Shown: piece by piece, positions 62,636 through 64,000 of the stretch
How the letters are laid out: every line of letters begins with the position of its first letter
Numbering within the stretch: the first letter of the stretch is position 1
Assembly: GCA_044220955.1 (NCBI GenBank)
Contig: JBGAQA010000012.1
Coordinates: forward strand, 19,305 to 83,304
DNA from: Sandaracinaceae bacterium
GTDB taxonomy: Bacteria; Myxococcota_A; Polyangia; Polyangiales; Sandaracinaceae
DNA length: 64,000 bases
Reading direction: 5' to 3'
The notes under the pieces: generated by a model
Databases searched by the model: none
What the model saw: the letters and a program-made list of their open reading frames with translations, nothing else
What the model was told of the DNA's origin: nothing
Program-made: the position numbers and the translations under genes

Positions 62636-64000
62636 TCAGGCGAGCGTGAACGTCTGGTCGTGGAGGCTCGTCCCGTCGTCCTTGATCCACTGCACGCGGA
62701 TCGTCCCCGCGGCGGGGTCGAGGTCGAGGACCGCGTAGTTGTTCGAGGTGGACCCGAAGTCGAACTGCGGACCGGTGAGCGTCGCGGCGAGCGCGTTGCC
62801 CGTCTGTGCTCCGGGCCCGACGAGGATCTCCGTCTGCCCGCTGCCCATGCCGCTGCGCGCCACGCGCTGCGCGCTCGCGAGGTGGAAGTCGCCCGAGACC
62901 CAGAGCAGCCCCGTGATCCCCGAGTCGTCGACGTGCTGGAGGATCTCGGCGCGCTGCGCGTCGTAGCCCTCCCAGCGGTCGACCTGCTGGACGTCGAACG
63001 CGAGCGGGAAGTCCGTGATGGGCACCGAGTTCATGACGAGCTTGAACGTCGCCGTGCTCGCGACGAGCGCGGCCTTGAGCCAGTCCATCTGCGCGCGGCT
63101 GATGTACTGGGCGCCGGGCGTGCTGCGCGTGGAGGGCAGGCGCTCGAGGCGGCAGTCGAGCACGAAGATCTCGGCCGTCCGGCCCCAGCGCATGCTCTTC
63201 CAGATGCGCTCGGGGAACTCGGCGTCGCGGCGTACCGGTTGGTTGTCGAAGAAGCTCTGCACCGCGGCCGCGCGGCGCGCCGCGTCGTAGCGCTCGGGAT
63301 CGAGATCGTTCTCGTGCTCGTGATCGTCCCAGGTCGCGAGCACGCCGGTCGACGCACGCAGCGCCCGCATCTCCGGGCGATCGGTGTTCATCCGATACTT
63401 CGCGCGGTACTCCGCGAGCGTGATCGCCTCCGTCATGCCGTCGGCGGTGTCGTCGGTGTAGACGAAGTCACCGAGGAACAGGAACAGGTCGAGGTCGCCG
63501 CGCGCACCCGCGTGGCCGATGGTGTCGATGGGACGGCGCTGGCTGATGCAGGACACGGCCCCGATGCGCAGCGGCTCCATCGCGTCGTCGGCGACCGCCG
63601 CACGCACCGAGCCGATCGTGCTGCGCGACATCCGTGCGCCCGAAGCGTCGAGCTCGAAGAACGCGTAGCGATAGCGCTGGCCGGCCGCGAGCGTGCCGAC
63701 GTCTTCCCGGACGTAGCCGCCGTCGCCGGGCACGACGGGCCCCAGGTGCACGACCGGCCCGTAGGCCGCCCCGTCCATCTGCCACACGACGAGCTGGAGC
63801 GGGGCGCTGCCCGTATGGAGCGTCCAGAAGAGCGCGCTCGTGGTCGTCGCGTCGCCGCACGCGACCGCGGACGGAAAGGATGCGAGCGACTCGGCCGTCG
63901 CCTCGGGCGGCTCGACGACCACCGCGGCGTCCGGCGGCATCGGGGCGTCGGCGCCCGTCGTCGCGTCACCCGCGTGCCCCGCGTCGTCGCCGGCCGCGGA
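62636..64000 (-). CDS. phoD: Alkaline phosphatase D family protein (5'-truncated)
   Basis: FPSAVACGD, FLGDFVYTD, WDDHE, LDCR, DRWEGY, SGDFH. Confidence 0.9.
   Translation of the reverse strand, partial: SAAGDDAGHAGDATTGADAPMPPDAAVVVEPPEATAESLASFPSAVACGDATTTSALFWTLHTGSAPLQLVVWQMDGAAYGPVVHLGPVVPGDGGYVREDVGTLAAGQRYRYAFFELDASGARMSRSTIGSVRAAVADDAMEPLRIGAVSCISQRRPIDTIGHAGARGDLDLFLFLGDFVYTDDTADGMTEAITLAEYRAKYRMNTDRPEMRALRASTGVLATWDDHEHENDLDPERYDAARRAAAVQSFFDNQPVRRDAEFPERIWKSMRWGRTAEIFVLDCRLERLPSTRSTPGAQYISRAQMDWLKAALVASTATFKLVMNSVPITDFPLAFDVQQVDRWEGYDAQRAEILQHVDDSGITGLLWVSGDFHLASAQRVARSGMGSGQTEILVGPGAQTGNALAATLTGPQFDFGSTSNNYAVLDLDPAAGTIRVQWIKDDGTSLHDQTFTLA

Overview
Very GC-rich bacterial chromosome segment. 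Gene content points to a Myxococcota (Polyangiales/Sandaracinaceae-like) genome: RomX, TSP3-OmpA, several Hanks-type Ser/Thr kinases, Cys-rich lipoproteins and orphan FliQ/FliR-like genes. About 60 mostly housekeeping or envelope genes are supported (metH, rluD, alr-mlaE-mlaF, trmL, ttcA, pyrD, spoVR, phoD, a VapBC-type TA pair and others). I saw no rRNA, tRNA, CRISPR array, integrase or transposase. The main unexplained structure is a dispersed intergenic repeat family. Three copies are each exactly 163 bp (2136-2298, 21602-21764, 58064-58226), and there are three solo half-copies. Full copies are two inverted arms of GGGGTCACTCCA-N33-GGCGGnnAGGTGCGCGwTTC, with length conserved despite strong sequence divergence. 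Instead of a target-site duplication, most intact ends carry a short tandem duplication of the terminus plus adjacent host sequence. Other points of interest are a window-wide TAnnnT box 6-8 nt before start codons (probable leaderless mRNAs), a Cys-less NifU-like gene beside romX, a cNMP-sensor/uridine-kinase fusion, a CX4CH cytochrome, and a gene broken by an in-frame TGA. All product calls come from recognising motifs by eye; no database searches were run.
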